Shown here: positions 18,244-28,195 of the stretch, piece after piece
Numbering within the stretch: the stretch's first letter is position 1
Layout of the letters: each line of letters starts with the position of its first letter
Origin: an uncultured Planctomycetia bacterium
GTDB taxonomy: Bacteria > Omnitrophota > Gorgyraeia > 2-02-FULL-51-18
Direction of reading: 5' to 3'
Assembly: GCA_964642015.1 (NCBI GenBank)
Contig: CAZXLF010000002.1
Span: 159,678 to 223,677, forward strand
Length of the DNA: 64,000 nucleotides
Program-made: the position numbers and the translations under genes
The notes under the pieces: generated by a model
Database searches by the model: none
Told to the model about the DNA's origin: nothing
Seen by the model: the letters and a program-made list of their open reading frames with translations, nothing else

Positions 18244-18272
18244 AGAGTTATTAATGAAACAGGGCAAAAATA

Positions 18273-18980
18273 ATGGCTGAGGCATATATCGAATACCACA
18301 TACAAAAGTTTTTTGAAGAGTTAAAAATATATGTGCATTATTTCAACATTACTTTTTCCGAGCAAAAAAAATTAGCCAAAGCTATTCAAGATAAGCATGA
18401 TGAAATTGGATCTGATTTCGACTATGAAAATGATGACGATGGCACAGTGTGGTCTCGTGCGCATGAAGAGATTCTGGGAACTGATGAAGTATGGATTACA
18501 GAGCATGAGCTATTCATTGTGGGGGGCTATTGCATAATAATATTTCATGCTTTTGAGAGATTTTTAGAAGAACTTTTTGAGTTAATTATTAAGCATCAAT
18601 TGTCATCTATGTTAATCAGTAAAATAACTCAAGAACAAAAAAAGGCAATTGAGGAGGTTGTAAAAAACGATAAACTTGAAACGTTCGATTGTTTCTGCCG
18701 TATATTTCCTGACATAAGAAAAGCCAAGGGGTATGAAAAGGTATATGAACTTAATACGATCTGTAATGTTTTTAAACATGGTCGAGGAGGGGCACTACGT
18801 CGGCTGAAAAAAATAAGACCCGATATAACGCAACATTTAGGCGAAATGTTTTCTCCTGCGTTAAGACCCTTCCGTGGATATGACTTGACCAATATAAAAC
18901 AGAATATGATTTATGAGTATGTAGATGCTATAAAAACATTTTTAACTGGAGTATTTGGTGTAACAGAGGTCAAAGCGTAA
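18273..18980 (+). CDS. Hypothetical AT-rich all-helical protein, HEPN-like
   Basis: 235-aa ORF in visibly low-GC DNA; IFHAFERFL and ICNVFKHGRG resemble HEPN helices and the Rx4H site. Confidence 0.6.
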   Translation: MAEAYIEYHIQKFFEELKIYVHYFNITFSEQKKLAKAIQDKHDEIGSDFDYENDDDGTVWSRAHEEILGTDEVWITEHELFIVGGYCIIIFHAFERFLEELFELIIKHQLSSMLISKITQEQKKAIEEVVKNDKLETFDCFCRIFPDIRKAKGYEKVYELNTICNVFKHGRGGALRRLKKIRPDITQHLGEMFSPALRPFRGYDLTNIKQNMIYEYVDAIKTFLTGVFGVTEVKA

Positions 18981-18996
18981 GAGTATTTATAGCTAT

Positions 18997-20334
18997 ATGA
19001 TGAACAAAAAGGCACAAATAAAGAAACTTTTTCTCCAAACCTTCGGGTGTCAAATGAATGAGCGCGATTCGGAGGGTGTTTTGGGTCTTTTGATGGAACG
19101 CGGCTATCAGGAGACTCCCCGCGCAGAAGAAGCGGATCTGATTTTGTATAATACCTGCAGTGTGCGCGATCACGCCGAGCAAAAAGTTTTTAGCCGCATC
19201 GGCCATTTTCGTGAGTTGAAAGAGAATCATCCCGGTCTTGTGATCGGCATCATCGGCTGTATGGCTCAGGAGCACGGAGAGAATTTTTTTAAGAACAATC
19301 CGGAGATCGACCTTGTCTGCGGTCCGGGAAATTTGAATCAGATCCCGGATCTTGTCGAAGAGATCGAAGAAAAACGGATCCCGCGTCTTGCGGTAGACCG
19401 TTTGAATGAAGAATACAGTCTGGAGAATGTGCGCTATCGTTCGGGAAATTTGAAAGCGCTGGTGACGATCATGACCGGTTGCGACCATCGCTGCACGTAT
19501 TGCATCGTGCCTTACACACGCGGAGACGAACGTTCCAGATCTTCCGAAAGCATCATGGACGAGATGCGGGATATCGAGCGAAAGGGGTTCAAGGACGTGA
19601 TGCTTTTGGGGCAAAATGTGAATTCTTATGGCAAAGGCCTTTCCGAAGATATCGATTTTTCGGACTTGTTGGAAAAGATACAAAAAGAAACGCCTAAAAT
19701 TCCCAGGCTTCGTTTTATTACGAGCCACCCGAAAGATGCTCATACCAGGCTTTTTAGTGTGATGCATGATCTTCCGATGGTATGTGAACATCTGCATCTG
19801 CCTGTCCAGTCCGGTTCGAACAGGACGCTCCGGCGTATGAAGCGTGAGCATACCCGTGAATGGTATCTTGAACAGATCGCCGAATACCGCCGGCTTGTTC
19901 CGGACGGTACGTTGACCACTGATTTTATTGTTGGCTTTCCGGGCGAAACGGAAAAAGATTTTTTGGAGACTCTCGATCTGATGGAGCGTATAGAATTTGA
20001 CAGTGCGTTCATTTTTCAGTATTCGCCGAGGCCCGGCACGCCGGCGTTGAAACTTGATGATGATGTGCCGGTTAAGGAGAAAAATGATCGCCATAAAGCG
20101 CTTCTTGCGGCGCAAAAAGCGTCAAGTTTGAAAAGAAATCAAGCGCTGATCGGGCAAACTGTGGAGGTGCTGTTCGAATCGAAAGCGCGGAAAGGGCAGG
20201 ATCAATTTACGGGTAGGACGCGCGGCTACAAACGTGTTGTGGCGAGAGCTAGTCGTGATATTATTGGAGAACTGTTTTTGGTGAAAATAACAAGTGTTGC
20301 AGATGAGACACTTTTGGGAGAGCTGGTATCGTGA
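18997..20334 (+). CDS. miaB: tRNA-i6A37 methylthiotransferase MiaB
   Basis: TFGCQMN, NTCSVR, CDHRCTYC radical-SAM motif, TRAM C-terminus. Confidence 0.96.
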   Translation: MMNKKAQIKKLFLQTFGCQMNERDSEGVLGLLMERGYQETPRAEEADLILYNTCSVRDHAEQKVFSRIGHFRELKENHPGLVIGIIGCMAQEHGENFFKNNPEIDLVCGPGNLNQIPDLVEEIEEKRIPRLAVDRLNEEYSLENVRYRSGNLKALVTIMTGCDHRCTYCIVPYTRGDERSRSSESIMDEMRDIERKGFKDVMLLGQNVNSYGKGLSEDIDFSDLLEKIQKETPKIPRLRFITSHPKDAHTRLFSVMHDLPMVCEHLHLPVQSGSNRTLRRMKREHTREWYLEQIAEYRRLVPDGTLTTDFIVGFPGETEKDFLETLDLMERIEFDSAFIFQYSPRPGTPALKLDDDVPVKEKNDRHKALLAAQKASSLKRNQALIGQTVEVLFESKARKGQDQFTGRTRGYKRVVARASRDIIGELFLVKITSVADETLLGELVS

Positions 20335-21158
20335 AAAAAATAAAAATAGGTATTACGGTCTTACTGGCGATCTTGGTTGTTTCTGAAGTTGGCTTTGCGG
20401 ATATCGGCAGGATCGAGACAAAAAGAGAGCGTTTATTAAGAGAATCCCGGGAATCCGGACAAAAACCTTTGACGAACGATTATCTTAAGATCCACGAAAA
20501 TTTTTTGAGGGAGAATTACGCAGAGGTTGACAGGCTTTCGAACGATTATTTATCTCACGGCTTGGATAAGCCGAATTCCCAGGATGTATTGTATCTGCAG
20601 GCATTGAGTCTTTTGAAATTGGGACGCGGAAGCCAGGCGAGAGCAAGCTTTAGGGAGCTTGAGAATTCTTTCACCGACACGGACCGTAAAGCGAGCGCCT
20701 CGGCCTCTATAGGCGATTCTTATTACTATGAGGGCAATTTTGATCAAGCGGCCGAAGCGTACCGTGAAACGTTATCAAAATATCCGAACAGCGACCAAAC
20801 AACCTATATCACTTATAAGCTTAAGGAAATGTCTTCAAAGTCAGGCAGCGCGAGCGGCTCGCTTAATAATTTGTCCGCTCCTTATCGCGGCATTACCGCT
20901 CAGCCTGAGCCTTTGAAGCAGAACGGGATAGAGGAGATGCCGTTCTATACCGTTCAAGTAGGATCATTTTCAAAATCGCGCAATGCCAATGCGCTTATTC
21001 ATAAATTGAACAATCGTCATTATGATGCTTTTGTTGAGAGAGAACCGTCGAATGGCCTGTACAGAGTAAGAGTGGGGAGGTTTTCGTCTCGAGCCGATGC
21101 GGCCATGATCGAGTCCCGTTTGAAGCAAGAGGGTTATTCGACGAAGATCTATCCTTGA
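20331..21158 (+). CDS. Exported TPR + SPOR domain protein
   Basis: Signal peptide, TPR pairs, YTVQVGSFS...LYRVRVGRF. Confidence 0.85.
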   Translation: MKKIKIGITVLLAILVVSEVGFADIGRIETKRERLLRESRESGQKPLTNDYLKIHENFLRENYAEVDRLSNDYLSHGLDKPNSQDVLYLQALSLLKLGRGSQARASFRELENSFTDTDRKASASASIGDSYYYEGNFDQAAEAYRETLSKYPNSDQTTYITYKLKEMSSKSGSASGSLNNLSAPYRGITAQPEPLKQNGIEEMPFYTVQVGSFSKSRNANALIHKLNNRHYDAFVEREPSNGLYRVRVGRFSSRADAAMIESRLKQEGYSTKIYP

Positions 21159-22111
21159 AATCCGCAGTCTCTACAAAAAAACGGATCTTGGCCATTGTGG
21201 GTCCTACAGCTTCGGGGAAAACCGAAGTTGCCTTTGAAGTTTCCAAACTCCTTCCGTCTGAAATGATCTCGTGCGATTCGATGCAGGTTTATAAGGGGAT
21301 GTCGACCATTACCCAGGCGCCGAGATCGGGAGCGCGATTTCCCAAAGTTCATTTAACCTCGTTTTTGAACCCCGCGAAAGAATATAGCGCTGCGCAGTTC
21401 AGGGAAGAAGCCTTAGGTTTGATCCAACGCATTATAAAAGAAAAAAAAGTACCTATTTTAGTTGGCGGTACAGGGCTTTACCTTAGAGCTCTTTTGGATG
21501 GCTTGTTTGAGTCGAGCCATCGTGGGGTTGTCCGCGATATGACCTTTAGGGAAAAACTTTTAAAGGAACAAGAAACTCATGGCGGAGATTACCTGCACCG
21601 ACAATTAGAAAGCGTTGACCCGCTTTCGGCGGGCAAGATCCATCCGAATGATTTCAGGCGACTCATCCGCGCGCTCGAAGTATTTCATTTGACCGGGAAG
21701 CCGATTTCTGAGCAGAAGGCCAATCGTCGAGGGATACGGGGCGAGTATGAATGTCGCGTATTCTTTTTGGACAGGCAGCGCAATGAATTATACGAAAGGA
21801 TAAATCGCCGCGTAGATCATATGATGAATAAAGGACTATTAAAAGAAGTCACAGGATTGCGAAATAAGAAAATCAGCGTTACTGCACAGATGGCTCTAGG
21901 TGTACGCGAAATGGCCCAAGTCTTAAATAAGGAAATTTCTTTGCACGAGGCCAAAGAATTGCTGAAAAGACGGACAAGGAATTATGCCAAAAGACAATTA
22001 TCCTGGTTCAGACATGAAAAAGACATAGAGATGGTCCCGGTATTCTCTCAAGACACAGCCAAGGATATCGCCAAAGTCATTGTGAAGCGTTGGAAACAAA
22101 ACGATGCGTGA
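21155..22111 (+). CDS. miaA: tRNA dimethylallyltransferase
   Basis: GPTASGKT, DSMQVY, VGGTGLY, TRNYAKRQLSWF. Confidence 0.96.
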   Translation: MKSAVSTKKRILAIVGPTASGKTEVAFEVSKLLPSEMISCDSMQVYKGMSTITQAPRSGARFPKVHLTSFLNPAKEYSAAQFREEALGLIQRIIKEKKVPILVGGTGLYLRALLDGLFESSHRGVVRDMTFREKLLKEQETHGGDYLHRQLESVDPLSAGKIHPNDFRRLIRALEVFHLTGKPISEQKANRRGIRGEYECRVFFLDRQRNELYERINRRVDHMMNKGLLKEVTGLRNKKISVTAQMALGVREMAQVLNKEISLHEAKELLKRRTRNYAKRQLSWFRHEKDIEMVPVFSQDTAKDIAKVIVKRWKQNDA

Positions 22112-23372
22112 GAAAGCGATACTCGTTACGGCGGAATTTGATTCGATAAGGCGAGACTATGAGATCCGGGATCTGGCCGAAGAATTGGAAGAACTTGCAA
22201 GATCCGCGGGTTTGAACGTCCTAAAGAGCCTTATGTTGAAACATAAGGCGCCAAATGCGACATTTTTCATCGGAAGAGGAAAGGTTGATGAGCTGACGTA
22301 TCTCGCGAAAGAGGAAAAAGCGGATGTTGTGATTTTTGAAAGCGATCTTTCAAGCACTCACCAGCGCAACCTCGAAGAAATTATTCAAACCAAGACCATT
22401 GACCGCACACAACTGATCCTTGATATTTTTGCGCAGCGCGCGCGGACCGTGGAAGGCAAGTTGCAGGTAGAGTTAGCGCAGATGAAATATCTTCTTCCAA
22501 GGTTGGCCGGAAAAGGCATTTATCTGTCACGTTTGGGAGGCGGAGTCGGAACGCGCGGTCCCGGTGAACAGAAATTGGAAGTGGATCGTCGCCGCATCCG
22601 TGAACGTATCGTGCGCTTAACCAAGGAACTTGGAAAAATAGAAAAAAGGCGATTATCAGGGATACAAAAGAAAAAAGAAAAGGACCTGCCGCTCGTAACG
22701 CTTGTGGGTTATACGAATGCAGGAAAATCGAGTCTTTTTAACGCGTTAACAAATGCGTCTTCGGTCGCGAAGAATAAACTCTTTTCCACGCTGGACACGA
22801 CAACGCGTTTGTTAGGCTTGCCGGGCAACCAAAAAGCGCTGCTTGCGGATACGGTCGGTTTTATTCGAGAGCTGCCGCATCACTTGATCGAATCTTTTAA
22901 GGCTACTCTCGAAGAGGCCGTGCATGCGGATATCTTGGTCCATGTTATCGATGCCAGCCGGCCAGATCTTGATGCGCTCGAGAAAGCAGTCCATCAAGTG
23001 CTTGCGGAGTTGGGGATCCGGCAGAAAAAGATCATCGTGGTTCTTAACAAACTTGATCTGCTTGGCAAGGGAGAGCGCGAAAAATTTGCGAGAGATCCTC
23101 ATTGGCAGCAGAATGCAGTTTTGGTATCGTCGCTCACAGGTGAGGGTTTAAATCTATTATCAGAGCGGATAGCAGGTAGCATTTCCAACAGAGTCCTCAG
23201 AAGAGATCTATTTGTTCCCAAGGAAAAGCTGGGCCTGCTTCATTTTCTTTATGAGGAAGCTGAGGTAGTTTTAAGGAAAGATAGAGCGGATGGGGTGCTT
23301 CTGACGGTTAATTTATCAGCTAAAACAGAGGGGCTATTTAAGCGGAAATTAGCCCTTGCAGGAACCGCTTGA
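22104..23372 (+). CDS. hflX: Ribosome-splitting GTPase HflX
   Basis: GTRGPGE, GYTNAGKS, DTVGF, NKLD. Confidence 0.96.
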   Translation: MREKAILVTAEFDSIRRDYEIRDLAEELEELARSAGLNVLKSLMLKHKAPNATFFIGRGKVDELTYLAKEEKADVVIFESDLSSTHQRNLEEIIQTKTIDRTQLILDIFAQRARTVEGKLQVELAQMKYLLPRLAGKGIYLSRLGGGVGTRGPGEQKLEVDRRRIRERIVRLTKELGKIEKRRLSGIQKKKEKDLPLVTLVGYTNAGKSSLFNALTNASSVAKNKLFSTLDTTTRLLGLPGNQKALLADTVGFIRELPHHLIESFKATLEEAVHADILVHVIDASRPDLDALEKAVHQVLAELGIRQKKIIVVLNKLDLLGKGEREKFARDPHWQQNAVLVSSLTGEGLNLLSERIAGSISNRVLRRDLFVPKEKLGLLHFLYEEAEVVLRKDRADGVLLTVNLSAKTEGLFKRKLALAGTA

Positions 23373-23396
23373 CAAAATGGAACTTTGTGCTAGACT
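23369..23396 (+). promoter_or_regulatory. sigma70 promoter of the heat-shock operon
   Basis: TTGACA(23369-74)-N16-TAGACT(23391-96) with TGn extension. Confidence 0.75.
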
Positions 23397-23401
23397 ATCA
23401 A

Positions 23402-23428
23402 TTGGCACTCACTTAGATAGAGTGCTAG
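23402..23428 (+). promoter_or_regulatory. CIRCE operator (HrcA binding site)
   Basis: TTGGCACTC-N9-GAGTGCTAG vs consensus TTAGCACTC-N9-GAGTGCTAA, directly upstream of hrcA. Confidence 0.95.
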
Positions 23429-23456
23429 TAACGAGGAATTCGAAGTCGGAGGGCTT

Positions 23457-24272
23457 ATGCCGGACCAGGATATGAACGCCAGAAAGGACAGGATATTCGA
23501 TATTATTGTCCGTTCCTATATAGAGACTGCTGAACCGGTCGGTTCGAGGACCATCTCTAAAAGGCGGGATGTTGGGCTATCTCCGGCCTCTATCCGAAAT
23601 GTCATGGCAGATTTGGAAGAGCAGGGTTTGATTACTCAGCCGCATACTTCTGCAGGGCGCATCCCTACTGATCGCGGTTACCGGTATTACGTGGATAAGC
23701 TTATGGAACCCGAAGAGGTGACCCATAAGGAAAAACATCTGATCCAAGAAGAGCTTTCAAGGGCCAAGACAATAGAAGGTTTGGCCGAGAAGGTATCGAA
23801 GGTGATATCAGAGCTTACGGAAACGGCAGCATTGCTTTATATTAAAAATCTGAAACGCGTCTCGTTCCTGACGTATCTTTTGGAAGAGCTTGTTGAGACA
23901 GAACGGCTGAATGATTTTCTGGAAGAAGAAGCGCAGCTATTTGTCGAAGGCGCGTTCCGTATGTTCCAGCATCCTGAATTTCAGGATCTGCGGAAGACAA
24001 AGCTGTTGCTTCAGGTGTTAGATGAAAAAAATAATCTGTTGCAGATTTTTGTCAAAGATCTTGAGGAAGAAGGCGTGCATATTCATATTGGCAGAGAAAA
24101 TTCTTTAGGGGAATTGGATAACGTGAGTTTGGTGATAAAGGACTGTTATTTGGGCAATACGCCGATCGGCAGTGTTGCCGCACTTGGGCCGACTCGGATG
24201 CGCTATTCAAAGGTTGTGGCGATCGTTAATTATGTCGCAGACAGTGTTACGGAAACCGTAAAAAGATTTTAA
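23457..24272 (+). CDS. hrcA: Heat-inducible transcription repressor HrcA (short form)
   Basis: EPVGSRT, SPASIRNVMADLE, PHTSAGRIPT, LGPTRMRY. Confidence 0.93.
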   Translation: MPDQDMNARKDRIFDIIVRSYIETAEPVGSRTISKRRDVGLSPASIRNVMADLEEQGLITQPHTSAGRIPTDRGYRYYVDKLMEPEEVTHKEKHLIQEELSRAKTIEGLAEKVSKVISELTETAALLYIKNLKRVSFLTYLLEELVETERLNDFLEEEAQLFVEGAFRMFQHPEFQDLRKTKLLLQVLDEKNNLLQIFVKDLEEEGVHIHIGRENSLGELDNVSLVIKDCYLGNTPIGSVAALGPTRMRYSKVVAIVNYVADSVTETVKRF

Positions 24273-24806
24273 ATGAAAAAGAATCACGAAACAGAGAATA
24301 GAGTTCGTCAAGATACGGAAGAACCCAAAGCGGATAAGAACGCTGCTTCGCCCGATTCGAAAGCGGCCGACGATGCACAGGAAAAGCTCCTTTGGCTGAA
24401 GGCAGATTTTGAGAATACGAAAAAAAGACTTGAGAGAGATAAGCAAGAGGCCATCAAGTTCGCGAATGAGAAATTGCTCGTTGAGATATTGTCGATCGTG
24501 GATAATTTTGACCGCGCGATGACCAGTCTCTCTGAGGGCCACGACCCTGAGCAGGTAAAAAAAGGACTGCATATCGCGCAGGAAGAACTGCATCAGGTCC
24601 TTGAGAGACATGGTGTTCAGGTGGTAAAAAGTTTAGGCGAAGATTTTGATCCGAAGTTCCATGAGGCCGTTGCGACAGTTGAAGCTACGGAAGGCCAAAA
24701 GGACGGGGTCATTGTGGATGAAGTGCAAAGAGGTTATCTGCTGAATGGGCGCTTGATACGGCCGAGCCGTGTACGGATCACTCAGCATAAGGCCGAAGAT
24801 GTTTGA
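24273..24806 (+). CDS. grpE: Nucleotide exchange factor GrpE
   Basis: ADFENTKKR, FDPKFHEAV, GYLLNGRLIRPSRV. Confidence 0.95.
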   Translation: MKKNHETENRVRQDTEEPKADKNAASPDSKAADDAQEKLLWLKADFENTKKRLERDKQEAIKFANEKLLVEILSIVDNFDRAMTSLSEGHDPEQVKKGLHIAQEELHQVLERHGVQVVKSLGEDFDPKFHEAVATVEATEGQKDGVIVDEVQRGYLLNGRLIRPSRVRITQHKAEDV

Positions 24807-24862
24807 GACAAATTTGATAGGTGTTTTGAATTTAATTTTGATAAAAGGGAGGCTTGAAAAAA

Positions 24863-26770
24863 ATGGCAAGTGAGAAAGTAATAGGAATTGATCTGGGTAC
24901 TACGAATTCATGTGTGTCGATCATGCAGGGCGGCGAGCCTGTGGTGATCGCAAATTCAGAAGGTGTCAGAACGACGCCGTCTGTGGTGGGTTTTGCGAAA
25001 AACGGTGAGCGTCTTGTCGGGCAGCCTGCAAAGCGTCAGGCGATCACGAATCCTGAGAACACGATATTTTCGATCAAGCGCTTCATGGGCAGAAGGCATG
25101 AGGAAGTGCTCGCCGAAGAAAAACTCGTACCTTATAAAGTGGTCGAAGGTTCCGGTGGTGATGTGCGCGTGAAAGCATCCGGCAAGGAATATACTCCGCC
25201 GGAGATCTCGGCGATCATTCTGCAGAAGATGAAGCAAACGGCCGAAGATTATCTTGGTCAAAAAGTCACGAAAGCGGTGATCACGGTGCCCGCGTATTTC
25301 AATGATTCTCAAAGGCAGGCAACGAAGGACGCCGGCAAGATTGCCGGGCTTGATGTGCTCCGCATTATCAATGAACCGACAGCTGCTGCGTTGGCATACG
25401 GTCTTGATAAAAAGAAAAACGAAAAGATCGCTGTTTATGATCTTGGCGGCGGAACTTTCGATATTTCGATCCTTGAAATAGGGGATGGTGTTTTTGAGGT
25501 CAAATCCACCAACGGAGATACGCATCTCGGCGGTGATGATTTTGACCAGCGAGTGATGGACTGGCTCGCGGATGAATTCAAAAAATCCGACGGTATCGAT
25601 CTCAGGAAAGATCGCATGGCTCTCCAACGGCTCAAAGAAGCCGCGGAAAAAGCAAAGTGCGAACTTTCATCAAATGCTCAGACCGAGATCAATCTGCCGT
25701 TCATTACGGCCGATGCGAGCGGGCCGAAGCATTTAACGATGTCGCTTACTCGCGCGAAGCTTGAACAGCTTGTCGATGATCTGGTCCAGAAGACCATCGC
25801 CCCGTGCAAGAAAGCGCTTGAGGACGCAAAGCTCAAGGCCTCAGAGATCGATGAAGTGGTTTTGGTCGGCGGTCAAACGCGTATGCCTAAAGTTCAGGAA
25901 ATTGTGAGACAGCTTTTCGGCAAGGAACCTCATAAAGGTGTCAATCCTGACGAAGTGGTGGCGGTTGGCGCGGCGATCCAGGGCGGTGTATTGGTCGGCG
26001 ATGTCAAAGACGTGCTTTTATTGGACGTGACACCTTTGTCTCTCGGCATTGAAACGTTGGGAGGTGTCTGCACCCGTCTTATCGAAAGAAATACCACGAT
26101 ACCGACAAAGAAGAGTCAGACTTTCTCGACTGCCGCGGATAGCCAGACGGCTGTTTCGATCCACGTTCTTCAAGGTGAGCGTGAAATGGCTGAGAATAAC
26201 CGGACCCTTGGTCGGTTCGATCTTGTTGGGATTCCTCCTGCGCCTCGCGGTGTGCCTCAGATCGAAGTGACATTCGATATTGATGCCAATGGCATTGTCC
26301 ATGTTTCCGCCAAAGACCTTGGTACAGGCAAGGAGCAGAAGATTCGCATCGAGAGTTCAAGCGGTTTGAGCAAGGAAGAAGTGGAAAAAATGACCAAAGA
26401 TGCTCAAGCTCATGCTGATGAAGATAAAAAGAAAAAAGAACTCGTCGAGGCCAGAAATCATCTGGATACGTTGATCTATTCTACGGAAAAATCGCTCAGT
26501 GATCTCGGAGATAAAGTAGCTACGGATGAAAAAAAGAAAGTGGAGGAAGCGATCGGTAAAGCCAAGGAGGCGCTTAAAGGCAATGATGTTGATACGATCA
26601 AAAGCGCTGAAAAGGAACTGACAACTGCCTCACACAAGATAGCCGAAGAGATGTACAAGCAAGCCAGTGCAAAATCCCAGGGCTCTCATGGTGACGGAAA
26701 AGCCGGTGGCAATGCGGGTTCCAAAGAAGACGTTGTCGACGCTGAGTATAAAGTAGAGGATGACAAATAA
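24863..26770 (+). CDS. dnaK: Chaperone DnaK
   Basis: [37 protein letters not shown]; GGGAGG SD. Confidence 0.98.
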   Translation: MASEKVIGIDLGTTNSCVSIMQGGEPVVIANSEGVRTTPSVVGFAKNGERLVGQPAKRQAITNPENTIFSIKRFMGRRHEEVLAEEKLVPYKVVEGSGGDVRVKASGKEYTPPEISAIILQKMKQTAEDYLGQKVTKAVITVPAYFNDSQRQATKDAGKIAGLDVLRIINEPTAAALAYGLDKKKNEKIAVYDLGGGTFDISILEIGDGVFEVKSTNGDTHLGGDDFDQRVMDWLADEFKKSDGIDLRKDRMALQRLKEAAEKAKCELSSNAQTEINLPFITADASGPKHLTMSLTRAKLEQLVDDLVQKTIAPCKKALEDAKLKASEIDEVVLVGGQTRMPKVQEIVRQLFGKEPHKGVNPDEVVAVGAAIQGGVLVGDVKDVLLLDVTPLSLGIETLGGVCTRLIERNTTIPTKKSQTFSTAADSQTAVSIHVLQGEREMAENNRTLGRFDLVGIPPAPRGVPQIEVTFDIDANGIVHVSAKDLGTGKEQKIRIESSSGLSKEEVEKMTKDAQAHADEDKKKKELVEARNHLDTLIYSTEKSLSDLGDKVATDEKKKVEEAIGKAKEALKGNDVDTIKSAEKELTTASHKIAEEMYKQASAKSQGSHGDGKAGGNAGSKEDVVDAEYKVEDDK

Positions 26771-26801
26771 CGGCATGAGTCAGAAAGTTAAAGGAGAAAA
26801 T

Positions 26802-26960
26802 ATGTTAGAAGTTTATATGGATTTTGCGCCTGGAATTCGGAAAGTAAAGATTCCATTATCTTCGCTTGGATCGTATTGCTCTGCAACGTCTAGTGGAATG
26901 ATGGCGTCACCATATTTAATTATAACAAGTGGAAATATTGCACGGCAGATTACTGTATAA
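26802..26960 (+). CDS. Small hypothetical protein (52 aa) between dnaK and dnaJ
   Basis: AAGGAG (26791-96) 5 nt before ATG 26802; open to TAA 26960; followed by a terminator-like hairpin. Confidence 0.5.
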   Translation: MLEVYMDFAPGIRKVKIPLSSLGSYCSATSSGMMASPYLIITSGNIARQITV

Positions 26961-27001
26961 GTAAGATAAAAGGTAAAAACGATAAATAATTTAAGGCTTA
27001 T

Positions 27002-27036
27002 AAAAGGGGCACGTTAAATATTAACGTGTCTCTTTT
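27002..27036 (+). terminator. Intrinsic terminator-like hairpin (possibly bidirectional)
   Basis: AAAAGGGGCACGTTAA-ATA-TTAACGTGTCTCTTTT, 16-bp stem with two G-U pairs. Confidence 0.75.
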
Positions 27037-27070
27037 ACTAATTTAAACATGGATCAGTAACGAGTTTTAA

Positions 27071-28186
27071 ATGGCCCAAAGTAAAAAAGATTACTATGAA
27101 GTGTTAGGTGTTTCCCGGTCTGCGACGGCGGAGGACATTAAGAAGGCCTATCGAAAATCTGCTCTTGAACACCATCCTGACCGGAATCCCAATAATAAAA
27201 AAGCGGAAGAAAAATTCAAAGAGGCGACCGAAGCTTATCAAGTTCTTTCCAATGCTGAACAACGACAGATCTATGATCAATACGGGCATGAGGGATTAAA
27301 TTCTACCGGTGGCGCGGGATTTTCATCCGCTGCGGGTTTTGGAGATATTTTCGAAGATATTTTCGAGGATTTTTTTGGCGGCAGAAGCTCTCGCGGACGT
27401 CAAAGACCACAGCGCGGCAGTGATCTTCAATATAGTCTTGAGATAGAGTTTGAAGAAGCAGTGTTCGGTATAGAAAAAAATATTGAGATCCCACGCGAAG
27501 AATCCTGCACGACTTGTAAAGGCGATGGAGCGAAGCCGGGTACTTCGCGCCAGACATGCCCGACGTGTCATGGTTCAGGGCAGATCTTGGCGTCCAGCGG
27601 ATTTTTTAGTGTGTCCAGACCTTGCAACCGCTGTCACGGCCAAGGCAGTTTTGCTGAGCATGCTTGCAACGATTGCCGAGGGACGGGCCGCGTGGTCGTC
27701 AAGCGAAAGATTAAAACGCATATACCGGCCGGCGTGGACAATGGACTGAGACTGAGAATTTCCGGGGAAGGCGAGGCGGGCACACGCGGCGGCCCGCGCG
27801 GAGACCTTTATGTTGATATTCATGTGAATCCGCATGAGTTTTTTACGCGTGAAGGCCGCGATATCCATTGCGAAGTGCCGATCAGCTTTGTGCAGGCAGC
27901 TCTGGGCTGCGAAGTGCAAGTGCCGACGCTTAGTGGAACGACCGAAGTCAAAATTCCGGCCGGCACTCAGACAGGCAAGATTTTCAGATTAAAAGGAAAG
28001 GGCGTTGTTTCTTTGAACGGACAGGGTATCGGTGATGAAGAGGTCAAGATCGTTGTGGAAACGCCGATGCACCTTTCGGAAAAGCAAAAAGATTTGTTAA
28101 AACAATTCGCGGAGCTTTCGGGAGAAAAAGTGAACCCGATCTCCAGTTCTTTTGTTCAGAAAGCCAAACGGTTATTTTCTAAATGA
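27071..28186 (+). CDS. dnaJ: Chaperone DnaJ
   Basis: J domain with HPD, G/F region, four CxxCxGxG repeats. Confidence 0.97.
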   Translation: MAQSKKDYYEVLGVSRSATAEDIKKAYRKSALEHHPDRNPNNKKAEEKFKEATEAYQVLSNAEQRQIYDQYGHEGLNSTGGAGFSSAAGFGDIFEDIFEDFFGGRSSRGRQRPQRGSDLQYSLEIEFEEAVFGIEKNIEIPREESCTTCKGDGAKPGTSRQTCPTCHGSGQILASSGFFSVSRPCNRCHGQGSFAEHACNDCRGTGRVVVKRKIKTHIPAGVDNGLRLRISGEGEAGTRGGPRGDLYVDIHVNPHEFFTREGRDIHCEVPISFVQAALGCEVQVPTLSGTTEVKIPAGTQTGKIFRLKGKGVVSLNGQGIGDEEVKIVVETPMHLSEKQKDLLKQFAELSGEKVNPISSSFVQKAKRLFSK

Positions 28187-28195
28187 GGTTTTGCG

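Noticed and set aside
16192-18272. Canonical integron attC sites or a CRISPR array
   Set aside because: No paired RYYYAAC/GTTRRRY boxes, no integrase, no regular repeat-spacer period, no cas genes.
18970-20115. 381-aa antisense ORF
   Set aside because: Lies almost entirely opposite miaB, has no motifs; codon-bias shadow.
24956-26360. Long antisense ORFs opposite dnaK (also opposite pilMN, lptD, polA)
   Set aside because: Typical shadow frames of conserved genes; no recognisable domains.
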